64,000 bases of DNA from a virus, in IMG/VR virus record IMGVR_UViG_3300027763_000027, positions 32,001 through 96,000 of that record; one strand, written 5' to 3'. Shown one piece after another: positions 19,132 to 28,871 of this stretch. Below the pieces are notes generated by a model that was not told where the DNA came from, made no database searches, and saw only the letters and a list, made by a program, of their open reading frames with translations. The position numbers and the translations under genes were made by a program. Each line of letters opens with the position of its first letter. Position 1 is the first letter of the stretch.

Positions 19132-20253
19132 TCAAATTATATTTCTATACTTAAATATATCTCCATATTTGTTTTTTAAAATCTTTATTATTTCTTTTGT
19201 TTCTATTATGAGTATTTTGTATCCTAAATTATAAAGTTTTAAAGCAAATTTTAATTTTTGAGATTCTTGTAAAATATTTGTGCCTTTCTTGTAGCTCACG
19301 GAGTCTATGGTTATTTCAATGTTTTTATTTGGGTTTTTATTTATAAAATCTATAATTTGATAGTCTAAATGCAAATTGTTTGACTCGTCGCTAGCTTTAC
19401 TTATTACGGCGTTTATATTTTTATAACTGGCGAAGATTGATAATGCTATATTATCTCTAGGAAAACAGGGGCCACCAAATCCATAACCATAATTTAAGTA
19501 TTTGCTTCCAATCCTTGAGTCGTCGCCAATTGCAGATAGAATTTTGTCAGGATTACATTTACTCCTTATCGCTATATCTCCTATCATATTTGCGTAGGCT
19601 ATTTTAGTTGTAAGAAAACAATTTAATGAAATTTTACATATTTCTGCTTCAGTTCTTGACATTCTGTGTATTTTAGGATGATTTATAGTATGTTTTAAAT
19701 AAATTTTTTCTATAATATCTCCAGCTTCAATAGATCCTTCGCCAATTAGAACTATATCGGGAAACATTTGATTTTTAAGTATTGAGCCTTGGGCGATAAA
19801 CTCTGGATTGTAACTAACAATATAATTGTAATTTTTTAATTTTTCTTGAATAGAATCACAATATTCTGGCATCGTAGTAGAAGAAATTATTAAATGTTTT
19901 TTTTCTTTTTGTGTTCCTAATTGAATTAAATTATTTATCAAAATATCTATTTGCTTGTGATCGTATTCTCCATTTTCTAACGAAGGGGTTGGCACTATTA
20001 CAAAAATAATATTTGCGTGATCTATCGTTAATTTTAAATCTAACGTAGCTGTAAAATTAGAGCTTTTTTTTAAAAAATTTTCTACGTTTTTTTCTGAAGA
20101 TTTTAAAGTTTTATTATTTACTAATTTAATGTATTCTTCGTTTACGTCTAATCCTAAAATTTTATACCCAGCTTTCTCTAACGTAAGAGCAAAGCATAAA
20201 CCTAGTTTACCTATTCCTATAATAGATATATTATTAAGTTTCTTTACGTTCAT
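19132..20253 (-). CDS. UDP-glucose/GDP-mannose dehydrogenase family protein
   Basis: GIGKLG, VPTP, YNPEF, GYGFGGPCFPRD. Confidence 0.9.
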   Translation of the reverse strand: MNVKKLNNISIIGIGKLGLCFALTLEKAGYKILGLDVNEEYIKLVNNKTLKSSEKNVENFLKKSSNFTATLDLKLTIDHANIIFVIVPTPSLENGEYDHKQIDILINNLIQLGTQKEKKHLIISSTTMPEYCDSIQEKLKNYNYIVSYNPEFIAQGSILKNQMFPDIVLIGEGSIEAGDIIEKIYLKHTINHPKIHRMSRTEAEICKISLNCFLTTKIAYANMIGDIAIRSKCNPDKILSAIGDDSRIGSKYLNYGYGFGGPCFPRDNIALSIFASYKNINAVISKASDESNNLHLDYQIIDFINKNPNKNIEITIDSVSYKKGTNILQESQKLKFALKLYNLGYKILIIETKEIIKILKNKYGDIFKYRNII

Positions 20254-21408
20254 CTATTCTTGGATAAAATAATTTTTAATATCATGTTCAACCATTTTTT
20301 TAATTAAATCATCGAATGTGTCTCTGGGTCTCCACCCTAGTTCTCGCCTAGCTTTTGCGGAATCTCCTAAGAGTAGATCGACTTCTGCTGGTCTATAAAA
20401 TTTAGGATTTATTTGGACAAGAACTTTGTTGTCATCTTCGGAAATATACATGATATGCTCACGCTCACCAACCCATCTACCTCTTATTCCAGCAAAAGAA
20501 AATGCTTTTTCAGTAAACTCTTTAATTGTATGAGATTCATTTGATGAAAAAACATATTCGACGGGTGTTCCATTGTAGCTTTTATTGTAAAAATCCTGAT
20601 TTAGCATCATCCATACGCCTTCTATAAAATTTTCTGCATCGCTCCAATCTCTTCTTGCCTCTATGTTACCTAATTCAAGTGGTTTAAATTGTTCTTTATT
20701 TTTTATTGCATTATAAATTCTTGCTATATTTTTTGTAATTTTTCTAGTTACAAATTCTTCTCCTCGCCTAATTCCTTCGTGATTAAATAACCACCCTTGA
20801 ATTGCGTAGAGGTTATAGGATTCCCTATACACTTTAACTAGTTGCCTGGAGGCTGCTTTGCTTGCCCCATATGGACTCCTCGGTTTTAATGGATGATTTT
20901 CGTCTTGAGGAGTATACTCTACATTTCCAAACTCTTCGCTAGAACCAGCTTGGTAAAGTCTACAAGATGGCTTATAAAGCCTAATCGCTTCAAGGATGTC
21001 TAAAATAGCGGTCGAATTTGTTTGCCAAGTTTGACGGGCGAAATCCCAACTACTGGCTACAAAACTTTGGGCTGCAAAATTAATAAAGTAATCTGGTTGA
21101 AGTTTTTCTATAGTTCTAGATATAGCATGAGAATCTGTTAAATCAAAATTAATAAGATAAAATCTATCAGAATTAATATGTTTAATATTTTTATGATTAT
21201 ACACACTGAGTCTTCTTACTCCACCAAAAATTAGATAATCTGTATTTTTAAGTAAAAAATCAGCCATATGACTTCCATCTTGTCCTGTCACCCCAGTTAT
21301 AACTACAGTTTTCCTTCCGTTAATTATCCTACTGGCATCTTCGATATTAAGAATATTGGAAGTGTCTATTTTTTTGCCATAATAGGTTTCTTGGAAATTA
21401 TTTTTCAT
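20254..21408 (-). CDS. gmd: GDP-mannose 4,6-dehydratase
   Basis: ITGVTGQDGS, AAQSFV, YQAGSSEEFG, PRSPYGASK, LFNHE, FVTRKIT, RPAEVDLLLGD. Confidence 0.95.
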   Translation of the reverse strand: MKNNFQETYYGKKIDTSNILNIEDASRIINGRKTVVITGVTGQDGSHMADFLLKNTDYLIFGGVRRLSVYNHKNIKHINSDRFYLINFDLTDSHAISRTIEKLQPDYFINFAAQSFVASSWDFARQTWQTNSTAILDILEAIRLYKPSCRLYQAGSSEEFGNVEYTPQDENHPLKPRSPYGASKAASRQLVKVYRESYNLYAIQGWLFNHEGIRRGEEFVTRKITKNIARIYNAIKNKEQFKPLELGNIEARRDWSDAENFIEGVWMMLNQDFYNKSYNGTPVEYVFSSNESHTIKEFTEKAFSFAGIRGRWVGEREHIMYISEDDNKVLVQINPKFYRPAEVDLLLGDSAKARRELGWRPRDTFDDLIKKMVEHDIKNYFIQE

Positions 21409-21438
21409 TTATATATAATATAAAAAATACCTTATAAT

Positions 21439-22026
21439 TTATACAATTTGTTTTAATATTAAATCTAAATATAGTGATTTATGTACCCAAAGGTCATCTA
21501 CATGATTATCTGGATGATTACCGTCCCAATCATAGATTAGTTCTTTTAATAAAATATAATTATTTTCTGCGAGTAATTTTCTTGAGGGATTTATTGTGGC
21601 TTTTTGTCTTGCGAAATCTACTTCGTATGTTATAACTCTAAATATATAATCAGATTTCATGATATTCTGTAAAGCAGTTAAAGAAATCTCTGGAGGTTCT
21701 AAATCTAGGCTTAAATAGTCTATTATTTTTGGAGCTTTATATTTTTCTAGCATTTCTTGATAATTTATAATTGTTGCGTCTTGTTTTAAAAAAATAGTAT
21801 TTTTTCTAAACATTTCCCATCCAGTAGCATATGGTTTACCATAAATATCATTTTCAGCTAATTCTATAGCTATTCCCTTCCAGCCTCTATTTCTTTCAAA
21901 AAAACAACTATTACTAAGCTTGTCGTACCATCCAGCCCCAACGTCTAGAAAAAAGCCATTTTCTTTATTTTTTAATAATTGATCTACTATAACGTCTTGT
22001 TGGATTTGAGAATAAGAATGTTTCAT
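21439..22026 (-). CDS. FkbM-family methyltransferase
   Basis: YSQIQQD, FFLDVGA, SNS..FE..GWKGIAIE, IDYLSLDLE. Confidence 0.8.
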   Translation of the reverse strand: MKHSYSQIQQDVIVDQLLKNKENGFFLDVGAGWYDKLSNSCFFERNRGWKGIAIELAENDIYGKPYATGWEMFRKNTIFLKQDATIINYQEMLEKYKAPKIIDYLSLDLEPPEISLTALQNIMKSDYIFRVITYEVDFARQKATINPSRKLLAENNYILLKELIYDWDGNHPDNHVDDLWVHKSLYLDLILKQIV

Positions 22027-22036
22027 CGGATTTATA

Positions 22037-22879
22037 TTAAAATATAATTAAGCCTTTAGATGGTTTTTTTACTTCCAATGGATGTACAAAGGGTTCAAAT
22101 TTATATATTTTTATTAATTCTGGAAATCGACTTTTTAACATAAGCCAAACGGGTTCATCATGATCTATTAAATTATAACTAAACATTATATTACATTCTT
22201 CATGAAATTTTTCTTGAATAAATTTAAAATTTTTTCTATGGGAAAATATACTACATCCCCATATTTTTTTCCAAAAAAACAAAAACTCCCAATTCCAATC
22301 TGTAGGTAATTTCCATCTTTCTAAAATTTCTGTATAAGCCATCATATGTAGACTATTATTATCTAGAAAACATTCTGTTGGATTATAAGTAAAATCTTTT
22401 GGCATATGACGTTTTTCTCTTAAAATTCCAAAATCTAACCAAGCGTAATATTCATGATTAGATAAATTATTCTCGATAACATAATTAATAATATCTATTT
22501 TTGAATAATTTATTAAATTATACTCTACATGATTTACTTCTGGAGTTGTACCCCTGCAAGGTCTTCTAACTTTTATTTTTTGAAAATAATCAGAATTTAA
22601 TATTTGTTTTGAGATAGTTAAGTTTTTCCAAGCATGAGTATTGTCTATTAAAAACTTTTCATTAATTTTAAATAAAGTAATATTTTTTTTATTTTTTAAT
22701 TCAATTAATTTTTTAAGTTCGGTTTCTATTTTTTCATCATAAAAAAGTATTATATCATTTTTTATATCTAAAAGATTAGAAAAATATTCTAAATATAAGG
22801 ATGGAGTTTTATTTTTTATTAATGAACTTAAATCCAAATATAAAGTGATTATACAAGGTAGATCTAAATTGTTTTCCAT
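22037..22879 (-). CDS. HtrL/WlaTC-like glycosyltransferase
   Basis: EYNLINYSK, YYAWLDFG, DHDE. Confidence 0.6.
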   Translation of the reverse strand: MENNLDLPCIITLYLDLSSLIKNKTPSLYLEYFSNLLDIKNDIILFYDEKIETELKKLIELKNKKNITLFKINEKFLIDNTHAWKNLTISKQILNSDYFQKIKVRRPCRGTTPEVNHVEYNLINYSKIDIINYVIENNLSNHEYYAWLDFGILREKRHMPKDFTYNPTECFLDNNSLHMMAYTEILERWKLPTDWNWEFLFFWKKIWGCSIFSHRKNFKFIQEKFHEECNIMFSYNLIDHDEPVWLMLKSRFPELIKIYKFEPFVHPLEVKKPSKGLIIF

Positions 22880-23673
22880 AAATTAATTTTGGTTTCTTTT
22901 AGGTTTTCTATTTCTAAATCTTTCTTATTTAATGAATGAGAGTTTTTGTCTCCTCCAGTAGCTTTCTCCCAAAAGGGTTTCCAAAAATGGTTTCTTTTAA
23001 TTCTATCATCAAAGTTTGTATACCCTAAGTGATAAATGAATGGATAATCTTTATGTATATATTCGTATGGGTCTTGTAAATTTAAGGCATACATAAGATT
23101 AAGTGTTGGGACTAGATTTGAATTTTCATCTATTAATTCATCTGTGCTAGTTTTATCGTAATCTGGTCTTCCATCTTGCTTGACTCCAAAATTTACTGCT
23201 CCACGATATAGTCCTTTTTTATGAATGTACCATTTAAATCCTATATCTTTATAATGATAAAAGTCTCCATAAAGATTTATGACTGGGACAAAAAAAGCTT
23301 TAACTTGATCTAATGCTAATAATTGCTCGCAAAGTTTAATTAAATAGTTCTTATTTCCACCAAATCTTTCATCAAAATCTTGTAGAATACATATATCACC
23401 TGTGCATCCTTGTAGGGCTGCGTTTACAATTTTACCATAACAAAATGGGTCATCGTAACTAAATTCTGTTGGGATGATTTTTACATTAAAATTATTATCT
23501 TTTACATATTTAGAGATTGTTTCTAAAGATGAATCTTGGCTCTTATTGATAGCCAAACAAACTTCATCTGCATAATATAAGAAGTTTTTGATTGCATCTT
23601 GATAATTAAAATTTTTTTCTATAACATTAAATGCTGTTGAATATATACTAATCTTCATGTTGAAACTCCCCAT
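22864..23673 (-). CDS. GT-A fold glycosyltransferase (GT2-like)
   Basis: ADEVCLA, NAALQGCTGD..LQDFDE, YHLGY. Confidence 0.7.
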   Translation of the reverse strand: MGSFNMKISIYSTAFNVIEKNFNYQDAIKNFLYYADEVCLAINKSQDSSLETISKYVKDNNFNVKIIPTEFSYDDPFCYGKIVNAALQGCTGDICILQDFDERFGGNKNYLIKLCEQLLALDQVKAFFVPVINLYGDFYHYKDIGFKWYIHKKGLYRGAVNFGVKQDGRPDYDKTSTDELIDENSNLVPTLNLMYALNLQDPYEYIHKDYPFIYHLGYTNFDDRIKRNHFWKPFWEKATGGDKNSHSLNKKDLEIENLKETKINLWKTI

Positions 23674-24497
23674 TTTTCTGCTATTTGTTCAACTGGAACA
23701 TTTCTTATGAAAGATAAGTAATACTTTTGTAGGATTGGTTCTTTATTGAACATATCAGTAAATATCTTATCATTTTCCCATTTATTTGTCAATAAGAAAT
23801 TATGAAGACTTTCTATTGTATAATCTAAATTATATTTAAATGCACAATATTGCCTGAAATTTAACCTGTTCGACTCTAATTCTTGATATTCTTTTATATT
23901 ATTTTCTCGACCTAATAATAGATGATTAGAGCGTCCATATACCCAATAATACTTCAAGTGGTGTTTGTACATATCTTGTTGAGTTCTATTTCCTAATCTA
24001 GTGTTCCAAGTTATTTCTTTATTATCGTCTGTATGCCCAAAATATTGAGCTAAGTCTATTCTTCTTTCTCTATTATTAACTATGCCCCAATGAGGATTAC
24101 CTTGAAAATACATGTCGTCATAATATTTAAATAAAAAACCTTTTCCTAGCCACCAACAAGACGAAATTCTATTGTTGTCTAAATCTTGAACAAAAGATTT
24201 TATGTTTTTAGTAAAATCTGGATTAAGTCTTTCTTCGTCATCCCTTAGTAAAAACCAATCTCCAACTTTCATTGGTCCTTGTCTTAATATTTCATTGTTT
24301 TGAAAATCAAAATCATTTGTCCATGATCTATGTATAATCTTGCCTTTGCCTTTTCTGGATTCTAGTAGTTCTAAACTTCCGTCAGTAGAACCTCCATCAA
24401 CAAAAATTAATCCATCAAAATGACTATAAACATCTTTTGTTAGTCCATCTATTTTATCTTTTTTGTTTTGTGTTATTCCGCATAAATATACATTCAT
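23655..24497 (-). CDS. GT-A fold glycosyltransferase (GT2-like)
   Basis: FVDGGSTDGSLE, W.NDF..QNN, WFLLRDDEE. Confidence 0.75.
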   Translation of the reverse strand: MNVYLCGITQNKKDKIDGLTKDVYSHFDGLIFVDGGSTDGSLELLESRKGKGKIIHRSWTNDFDFQNNEILRQGPMKVGDWFLLRDDEERLNPDFTKNIKSFVQDLDNNRISSCWWLGKGFLFKYYDDMYFQGNPHWGIVNNRERRIDLAQYFGHTDDNKEITWNTRLGNRTQQDMYKHHLKYYWVYGRSNHLLLGRENNIKEYQELESNRLNFRQYCAFKYNLDYTIESLHNFLLTNKWENDKIFTDMFNKEPILQKYYLSFIRNVPVEQIAEKWGVST

Positions 24498-25486
24498 TTG
24501 TTAAACTCCTCTATTAGTTGGTTGTATTCGTTTTTGCAATGAAATTTATCTTTTGCATAATCGAATATTTGTTTTCTATCTATTTTTAATGCTTTATTTT
24601 TTAATCTTTCAAAGTCTTCAAATGTAGACATCGTTAAATCAAAAAACTTAGAATTATTTGTTACTCCACCTTGATCTTCGTCTAAAGATATAACTGGTGC
24701 ACCTCTACTGTAAGATTCTAAGGTAATTATATTACATGACTCTATGAGCCTTGTAAATTGACAAAGCGCAATTGCGTTTGAAAAAACTTTATTTTTGTCT
24801 TCATCTTTTAAAGTTAAATGAAAAGAAAAATTTGGTAAATATAAATTTCTTAGAAAATCTTCTAACTGATCACTATTCCATGGCGCACCATAAGCAACGA
24901 ATTTATCTTCTGGATTTAATTTCGCTAAATTAATAAATAAATCTAAACCTTTTGATTGTAGTCCCCAGCCAAGGCTTGCGCACCATAAGAAATATTTTTT
25001 GCCTTGTTCTTTTTCATCAAAATAATAATCTTCATCAGATAGTCCATGAGGTATAACGCAAGAATATTCCTTATTATAATAATTTTCATAAGATTTCATT
25101 TGATTAAATGATAAAAATCTAGACTTTATATTTTCTGAAGAATAGACTTGGCTTGATGGCCTTTGATTTTTTGCTAAACCAGAGCAGTTTGCGTTTATTG
25201 TTTTTATATTTTTTTTATCTAAGATTTTTAACGAATCTGTGGATAAATTATAGGTTATTACTTTATCGTTTGGATTTATTAAATTCATTGAGTAGAATAT
25301 AAATTCTGATTCAGATTCAGCATTTACGTATATATAATTTTCAAGATTTAATTTTTTACATGATATAATTTGTAATTTTATATTATTACTCTTGCAGTAT
25401 TTGATAAAAGCTTCTATTCTTTTTTCTATTCCTCCAACTTGATCTGCTGGGAATATATTATGGGTATTTAATAAGACCATATTCAA
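24494..25486 (-). CDS. GT4-family glycosyltransferase
   Basis: GGIEK, VIPHG, KGLD, ESCNIITLESYSRGAPVI (EX7E). Confidence 0.8.
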   Translation of the reverse strand: MNMVLLNTHNIFPADQVGGIEKRIEAFIKYCKSNNIKLQIISCKKLNLENYIYVNAESESEFIFYSMNLINPNDKVITYNLSTDSLKILDKKNIKTINANCSGLAKNQRPSSQVYSSENIKSRFLSFNQMKSYENYYNKEYSCVIPHGLSDEDYYFDEKEQGKKYFLWCASLGWGLQSKGLDLFINLAKLNPEDKFVAYGAPWNSDQLEDFLRNLYLPNFSFHLTLKDEDKNKVFSNAIALCQFTRLIESCNIITLESYSRGAPVISLDEDQGGVTNNSKFFDLTMSTFEDFERLKNKALKIDRKQIFDYAKDKFHCKNEYNQLIEEFNK

Positions 25487-25490
25487 GATA

Positions 25491-25646
25491 TTATTTAATA
25501 AAAAAAGATGATTTTTTGCTTTTAGAAAGGTTGGTTTTTATATATTTTTTAGCTAATTGGAATCCTTCTTTTGTTTTAGGGAAAACCCCATGCAAAAATT
25601 TGTCGTTTTTAGAATATATTGCGTAAAATGGCAGCTTTTGCTTCAT
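25491..25646 (-). CDS. Small basic hypothetical protein (51 aa)
   Basis: Below the track cut-off. MKQKLPFYAIYSKNDKFLHGVFPKTKEG... fills the gap between neighbouring genes. Confidence 0.55.
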   Translation of the reverse strand: MKQKLPFYAIYSKNDKFLHGVFPKTKEGFQLAKKYIKTNLSKSKKSSFFIK

Positions 25647-25700
25647 AATATATGATACAGGAATACTATATATTATTACAAAATTAAATTAATTATGAAT

Positions 25701-26372
25701 TTACGCTAATGTTAAAAGATATTTTAATTGATTTAATGAACTAAGAATTTCATCTCTAATATTTAATAGATCTGAGTCTTTTGAGGGGTCGAGCATATTA
25801 GATAAGCTAATTAAAAATTGAATATATTTATCTGTAAGAGCTATTAAATCTGTATCTTTATAATTAGCTAAAGTAATATTAAATGTATTGACAGCAATCA
25901 CTCTGCCATATTTGCCCATATAAGTTTCAATAAATTCATCGGTATTTTCTACTAGGCTACTTACTATTTCGTCAAATGATTTATGTTGTGAAAATGAGGT
26001 TGTTTGCCAATGTAAGATTTTATATTGGTGTTGCATTTGAAGAAAAGTAGTTTGAATTTTTTCCCCATCTAAAGATTCAGTATTTTTGTTATCTTGGAGA
26101 TCAGATATATCTTGAGCTTTAATTTCTGGAGCTGGTGCAGTCACAGCTGTATTTGTTGGTTCTTTAATTTTATTCATATTTTTAATATCTTCTGTAAAAT
26201 CTACTTCAATTTCGTTTGCTTTGCTTTTCTTTTTGGGATTGCTATAAGTATTTAAGCAAATTGCAACTTGTTGCTTATTTTCCATTTTTGGATTATCTTT
26301 ATTAACCTTATGCATACATCTATTCATATAATCGTGTTGTTTTTCATTTTTGTGCGGTTGAGGTATTGGCAT
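25701..26372 (-). CDS. Ferritin/Dps-like (DUF5856-type) domain fused to a small Cys-containing N-terminal domain
   Basis: LHWQT..QHK.FD...D.FIE.YMGKYG, LLNIRDEI..LKYLLTL. N-terminus MPIPQP...RCM...Q.VAIC. Confidence 0.75.
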   Translation of the reverse strand: MPIPQPHKNEKQHDYMNRCMHKVNKDNPKMENKQQVAICLNTYSNPKKKSKANEIEVDFTEDIKNMNKIKEPTNTAVTAPAPEIKAQDISDLQDNKNTESLDGEKIQTTFLQMQHQYKILHWQTTSFSQHKSFDEIVSSLVENTDEFIETYMGKYGRVIAVNTFNITLANYKDTDLIALTDKYIQFLISLSNMLDPSKDSDLLNIRDEILSSLNQLKYLLTLA

Positions 26373-26440
26373 AATACTATTATTACACTTAAATTAATGC
26401 TATTTATTTATGTATTTTGCGCTTGGTGTAATGATTTTGT

Positions 26441-26515
26441 ATGACTATTACGACTATATTAATCTGTATTGCTGTTTTTGTTTATATATTTTATCTTATT
26501 GAAAGACTAAAATAA
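26441..26515 (+). CDS. 24-aa single-pass membrane peptide
   Basis: MTITTILICIAVFVYIFYLIERLK*, with GTGTAA 9 nt upstream; its stop abuts the stop of the convergent gene. Confidence 0.5.
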   Translation: MTITTILICIAVFVYIFYLIERLK

Positions 26516-26782
26516 TTATTCGTCTAAGTAATCTTTAATGTCTTCTATTAGTTTTTGTCTTTTATTGCGTTCTAAAACTGTTATTAAGGTAGCTATTGAT
26601 ATTGGAAAAGCAAACCTAAGAAAGAATTGAAGGTGGTCTTCTCTACTTAATAAATCAAAATAATTAATATAAAGGTCACTTAGCCCCCAAAACGTAAAAA
26701 GCATCGCTGGCACAAATGAGATAAAAAAGAACTTATCATAAGTTTTTAAATTAGTCCACCAATTCTTAATTTTAATTACCAT
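26516..26782 (-). CDS. Small membrane protein (2 TM)
   Basis: Two hydrophobic segments; GTGTAA motif upstream. Confidence 0.65.
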   Translation of the reverse strand: MVIKIKNWWTNLKTYDKFFFISFVPAMLFTFWGLSDLYINYFDLLSREDHLQFFLRFAFPISIATLITVLERNKRQKLIEDIKDYLDE

Positions 26783-26801
26783 ACATAAAGCTTACACCAG
26801 A

Positions 26802-27698
26802 TTAAATTGGCGTGGCTTCTCTAGGATTTGGATTTGAAGTTACTGGTGGTACAAGATTAGGGTTCATTAAAGGATTAAACTGTTGTGAGTTAGATACTGC
26901 TCCTGCTCCACTACCTACTGGTGCAGGACTAGTTGATACTTCAGAACCAGCAGCAGTATCAATATCAGGAATATCACCTCCATCAACTTTACCTAAAGCA
27001 GTTGCGCTATCAATTCTACCAGATACTACATCATTTATTTCACTAGCAAAAGATATGCCTTGGGCTTTTGCAGTTTCTTGTGCGCTAGTAACACCTTTAA
27101 TTAAAGCTTCATTAGCAAGTGGTGGCAATCCTTTTTCATTAAATAAAGGTGATGAAGATGTTAAGTCTTTTACATCAACACTCTTTGGACTTGAAGATGT
27201 CATTCCATTTGGTGTTGCAGAAATTCCTTCGCCAGATTGTAATGTCATTGATTTACCATTTTTATCTGTTACAATAACCCCTTTGGTTGTTTCAGCGACT
27301 GCAATATGCGTGGCATCATCTTTTACATCAAGCATTACAGTGCTACCGCTAATCGCAGCTGTAACGCTTCCTGTTGTTACAGTTATCGTCTCTGTTTCTG
27401 GATCTTTTGAAACAAGAAATGTCCCTTTATCGCATTTAACTAATCTCTCTTGTTTAACAAATGAAAATAAAGCATTTGCACCGATACGCGTTATTGATTT
27501 ATCATCTAATGATAATTCGCACATGCTCTGCTCGCCAGTGCCAACTTGAGTATCTGATTCTATTTTATCATTTAAAACTGCTGTTATTTTATTTGTATTT
27601 TGAACTGTATATACATTATTTTTTAAATATGATACAAATGATGCAGAAGCACTATGAGTTAATAATGCTAAGATAGGTAGATAAATTAATATTCTCAT
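26802..27698 (-). CDS. Secreted FecR-domain protein
   Basis: Signal peptide (..HSASA), V.TGEQS.CEL.L.D.SITRIGAN, T.SVTAAI.GS; low-complexity C-terminus containing DIDTAAG. Confidence 0.75.
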   Translation of the reverse strand: MRILIYLPILALLTHSASASFVSYLKNNVYTVQNTNKITAVLNDKIESDTQVGTGEQSMCELSLDDKSITRIGANALFSFVKQERLVKCDKGTFLVSKDPETETITVTTGSVTAAISGSTVMLDVKDDATHIAVAETTKGVIVTDKNGKSMTLQSGEGISATPNGMTSSSPKSVDVKDLTSSSPLFNEKGLPPLANEALIKGVTSAQETAKAQGISFASEINDVVSGRIDSATALGKVDGGDIPDIDTAAGSEVSTSPAPVGSGAGAVSNSQQFNPLMNPNLVPPVTSNPNPREATPI

Positions 27699-27735
27699 AA
27701 TCTATTAGACAGGTGAAGTTAGGATTCATTAGATT

Positions 27736-27954
27736 TCATTTTATTATAAAAATTGAATAATTTCCATGTCCCAAGCATTGATAATAATATTCATAATAAT
27801 CCTGTCCATTTTTATATACTCCAAAAATATCGTCTTGAAAATGTTCTTTTAATGATACTGTTTGATGTTCTCCAATTTGTTTAGTTATCCAATTAGATAC
27901 TTCTGTTACATCTCCTTGAAATACTACTATTTTCCCATGACTTGCGTGTTGCAT
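27736..27954 (-). CDS. Hypothetical protein
   Basis: 72 aa ORF within the operon. Confidence 0.5.
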   Translation of the reverse strand: MQHASHGKIVVFQGDVTEVSNWITKQIGEHQTVSLKEHFQDDIFGVYKNGQDYYEYYYQCLGHGNYSIFIIK

Positions 27955-28193
27955 TTCTCTACTCCAGCTGCAGTTTGAATATCTAAATTATTTTTATTTT
28001 GTTTTGCTACAATTGATCCTATCATAGTTAATATTAAAATGCAAGCAAAAGCTAGTCCATAATATGTTTTTTCTTGAGCTTTCTTTTTAGTTCTATATTG
28101 ATGAAAATTACTTATAAAGTCTTCTGTGTCCCTTTTGGATGGGAGACTCTTTTCGTAATTACTTAATAATAAGTTTCTCATGTTGTTGTCCAT
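27927..28193 (-). CDS. Single-pass membrane protein (anti-sigma-like topology)
   Basis: Basic N-terminal part, TM segment (YGLAFACILILTMIGSIVA), C-terminal DIQTAAG. Confidence 0.6.
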   Translation of the reverse strand: MDNNMRNLLLSNYEKSLPSKRDTEDFISNFHQYRTKKKAQEKTYYGLAFACILILTMIGSIVAKQNKNNLDIQTAAGVEKCNTQVMGK

Positions 28194-28202
28194 TGTTTTA
28201 TT

Positions 28203-28871
28203 CTATCTAACTTTTGTATCAGATTCTAATATTACACTACCGTCTGTTCTTAATAAATTCCTAAATTGACCATGTGGATTTTTTACTGTTTCATTTAATG
28301 ATGCAGAAGAATGATTTGTAAAAGCTTTTGTAAAATCAACTAAAAAATAATCATTTGTATCTACTCCAATTAATTTTTCTGAATTTTGTATACCATATGC
28401 TCCTCCAGCCCCACCAAAGCAAGACCCTCTTTTCCATATTATCGAATGCTTCTCGTCATGCGCTGGACAAGTAAATACTGGATTACCTTTTCTTTTCTTA
28501 CCACCTATAGATCGAACAGTTATATAATTTGTAATATAATATTCAAGATTAGATTTATCAACGACATTTGCAGTATCGCCTCCATATCTAGAATCTCGAA
28601 TAAAAGTATTTATTGTTTGACCATCTGGGCCAGGAGGAAGCCAACCATCATTATCATTAGCAAATAAATTAATTGCCATACCTACTTGTTTCATATTTGA
28701 TGCACAAACAGCTTGAGATGATTTACGTTTAACGGCTGAATACGCAGGAAATATCAAACTCGCTAATAATCCAATTATACCAATTACAACTAACATTTCA
28801 ACTAATGTAAAACCAAAACGTGAGAGTTTTAATAATCTTAAATGCTCTAAGAATGAGTTTTGTGTTGGCAT
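28203..28871 (-). CDS. Prepilin-type N-terminal cleavage/methylation protein with H-X9-DG motif (DUF1559-like)
   Basis: GFTLVEMLVVIGIIGLLASLIFP, C.SNMKQVG, F.CP, HGQFRNLLRTDG. Confidence 0.9.
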   Translation of the reverse strand: MPTQNSFLEHLRLLKLSRFGFTLVEMLVVIGIIGLLASLIFPAYSAVKRKSSQAVCASNMKQVGMAINLFANDNDGWLPPGPDGQTINTFIRDSRYGGDTANVVDKSNLEYYITNYITVRSIGGKKRKGNPVFTCPAHDEKHSIIWKRGSCFGGAGGAYGIQNSEKLIGVDTNDYFLVDFTKAFTNHSSASLNETVKNPHGQFRNLLRTDGSVILESDTKVR

